Part shown: one piece after another, positions 62,808 to 64,000 of the stretch
Position numbering within the stretch: position 1 is the first letter of the stretch
Layout of the letters: each line of letters begins with the position of its first letter
NCBI GenBank assembly: GCA_050618075.1
Contig: JBNLVL010000004.1
Span: forward strand, 166,750 to 230,749
From: Myxococcota bacterium
Lineage (GTDB): Bacteria > Myxococcota_A > UBA9160 > UBA4427
Length of the DNA stretch: 64,000 nucleotides
Direction: 5' to 3'
The notes under the pieces: model-generated
Told to the model about the DNA's origin: nothing
The model's database searches: none
What the model saw: the letters and a program-made list of their open reading frames with translations, nothing else
Program-made: the position numbers and the translations under genes

Positions 62808-63731
62808 TCAGCGTCGCGCGGTCCGGCTGGGGAAGAGCTCCTCCCGGGCGCCCTGGGAAATGGCCACGACGGCCGGGTGTCGCAGGCGCCGCTCGATCGA
62901 GACGGCGTAGAAGCGCTCGCGCACCTCCTCGACCCGGCCCACGGGCCGGACCGGGTACTGGCGCTCGACCTCCTGCTCGATGGCGCTGGGGACCGCGAAC
63001 ACGCCGCTCCCGGTGGCACCGAACACCTTGAGCAGGGCCGAGTCGTCGAACGAGGCCACCGCGCGCGGACGGATGTCGAGGTCCTGGAACCAGTGCTCCA
63101 GGGACGTACGCACCGCGGCGTGGGCCGTGGGGAGCAGCATGGGGGCGCCGTCGAGGCTCCGGGGGAATCCCGGGCGGAGCTTGCGGGCCAGCGGTGCGGT
63201 GGCGAAGAAGGTCACCCCGCACTCGCCCAGCTTGTGATCGAAGGCGCGCACCGCCACCTCGGCGCCCCGCGGCGCGTCGCTCAGGACGAGATCGATCGAG
63301 TGGGTGGCGAGCCCCGCCAGCAGCGCCTCGGGCTTGTCCTCGATGCACACGAGCTCCACCGGCTGCTCGAGGGTCAGCGCGGGCTCGAGCAGTCGATGGG
63401 CGATCAGCTTGGGGACCGCCATCGAGAGCCCCACCGTCAGCCGCGTCGCGAGCACCTCGTGGCCCGAGCGGACGACGCCCCGCAGCTCCTCGGCCAGATC
63501 GAAGATGCCGTCCGCGTAGTGGAGCACCGTGCGACCGAGGGCCGTCAGGACGAGCCGCCGGCCGGTGCGGAGGAACAGGGCGTCCCCGACCTGGTCTTCG
63601 AGCTGCTTGACCTGGGCGCTCACGGTCGGAGCGCTCACGTGCAGGTGCGCCGCGGCCCGCGCCACCCCGCCCTCGCGCGCGACCGCACGGAAATAGAGGA
63701 GGTGGTGCAGGTTCAGGTGGTCGAGGGACAT
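62808..63731 (-). CDS. nhaR: LysR-family transcriptional activator NhaR
   Basis: LNLHHLLYF..VAREG, PTVSAQVKQLE, VPKLIA, FPRSLDGAPMLLP, FDDSALLKVFG, ERRLRHPAV; GGAGGAG RBS. Confidence 0.85.
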   Translation of the reverse strand: MSLDHLNLHHLLYFRAVAREGGVARAAAHLHVSAPTVSAQVKQLEDQVGDALFLRTGRRLVLTALGRTVLHYADGIFDLAEELRGVVRSGHEVLATRLTVGLSMAVPKLIAHRLLEPALTLEQPVELVCIEDKPEALLAGLATHSIDLVLSDAPRGAEVAVRAFDHKLGECGVTFFATAPLARKLRPGFPRSLDGAPMLLPTAHAAVRTSLEHWFQDLDIRPRAVASFDDSALLKVFGATGSGVFAVPSAIEQEVERQYPVRPVGRVEEVRERFYAVSIERRLRHPAVVAISQGAREELFPSRTARR

Positions 63732-63780
63732 GGCTCCTCCCGGCGTGGGGTCGCTGCCGTGGGCGACGGCCGGCCCATCC

Positions 63781-63836
63781 ATAAGATATTACCTAATTCA
63801 CAATTCCATATTTCGTCATTGTCTAAGATTTTTCCT
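63781..63836. promoter_or_regulatory. AT-rich divergent promoter with repeated boxes, probable NhaR binding region
   Basis: TAAGATATTACCT (63782) and TAAGATTTTTCCT (63824), 42 bp apart, with a weaker copy near 63804. Confidence 0.5.
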
Positions 63837-63910
63837 GGACGAACCTCGAAGCAGTCGAGATGGGTCCCGTCGGGCCCCCTGCGAAACGCTGAAACGACCA
63901 GAGGTTCGCG

Positions 63911-64000
63911 ATGAGCATCGATCCCATCTACGAGGGCATCCAGAGGTTCCGGGAGCACGAGTTCCCCCGACGCCGCGAGGCCTTCGAGGCCCTGAGCTCG
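63911..64000 (+). CDS. Beta-class carbonic anhydrase, 5' fragment (cut by the window end)
   Basis: MSIDPIYEGIQRFREHEFPRRREAFEALSS resembles the CynT/Can N-terminal arm (G..F....F......F..L); GAGG RBS. Only 30 codons visible. Confidence 0.65.
   Translation, partial: MSIDPIYEGIQRFREHEFPRRREAFEALSS

Overview
Very GC-rich (roughly 70%+, estimated by eye) bacterial chromosomal segment with about 57 genes. I saw no rRNA, tRNA, CRISPR array, prophage or transposase. The gene content and a C-terminal CGLGxEL-TM-RRRR tail suggest a Myxococcota-like lineage (inference only). Most genes are catabolic or oxidative enzymes with local TetR regulators: a BVMO, two P450s, a flavin monooxygenase, a carotenoid oxygenase, a GMC pair, crotonases and hydrolases. 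Notable items: (i) a wHTH-STAND(AAA)-TPR regulator followed by 11-bp-period CCTGRRR direct repeats and a large unknown SH3-bearing lipoprotein, with a similar repeat array before the Ca-repeat surface protein at the window start; (ii) a Cys-containing CGLGxEL C-terminal sorting-like signal; (iii) a ~200-bp IS630-type MITE with perfect TIRs and a long internal hairpin, inserted at a stop codon; (iv) a taurine desulfonation cluster xsc/tpa-ackA-rhodanese-TauE with no pta or tauR in the window; (v) a TetR-sulfotransferase-VOC-SDR-alkylsulfatase-like operon; (vi) a doubly broken secreted-protein pseudogene; (vii) a 48-aa metallothionein; (viii) NhaR divergent from a beta-carbonic anhydrase cut by the window end. 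Many starts in the ORF track were corrected using RBS and stop/start overlaps. All product calls come from motif recognition, not database searches.
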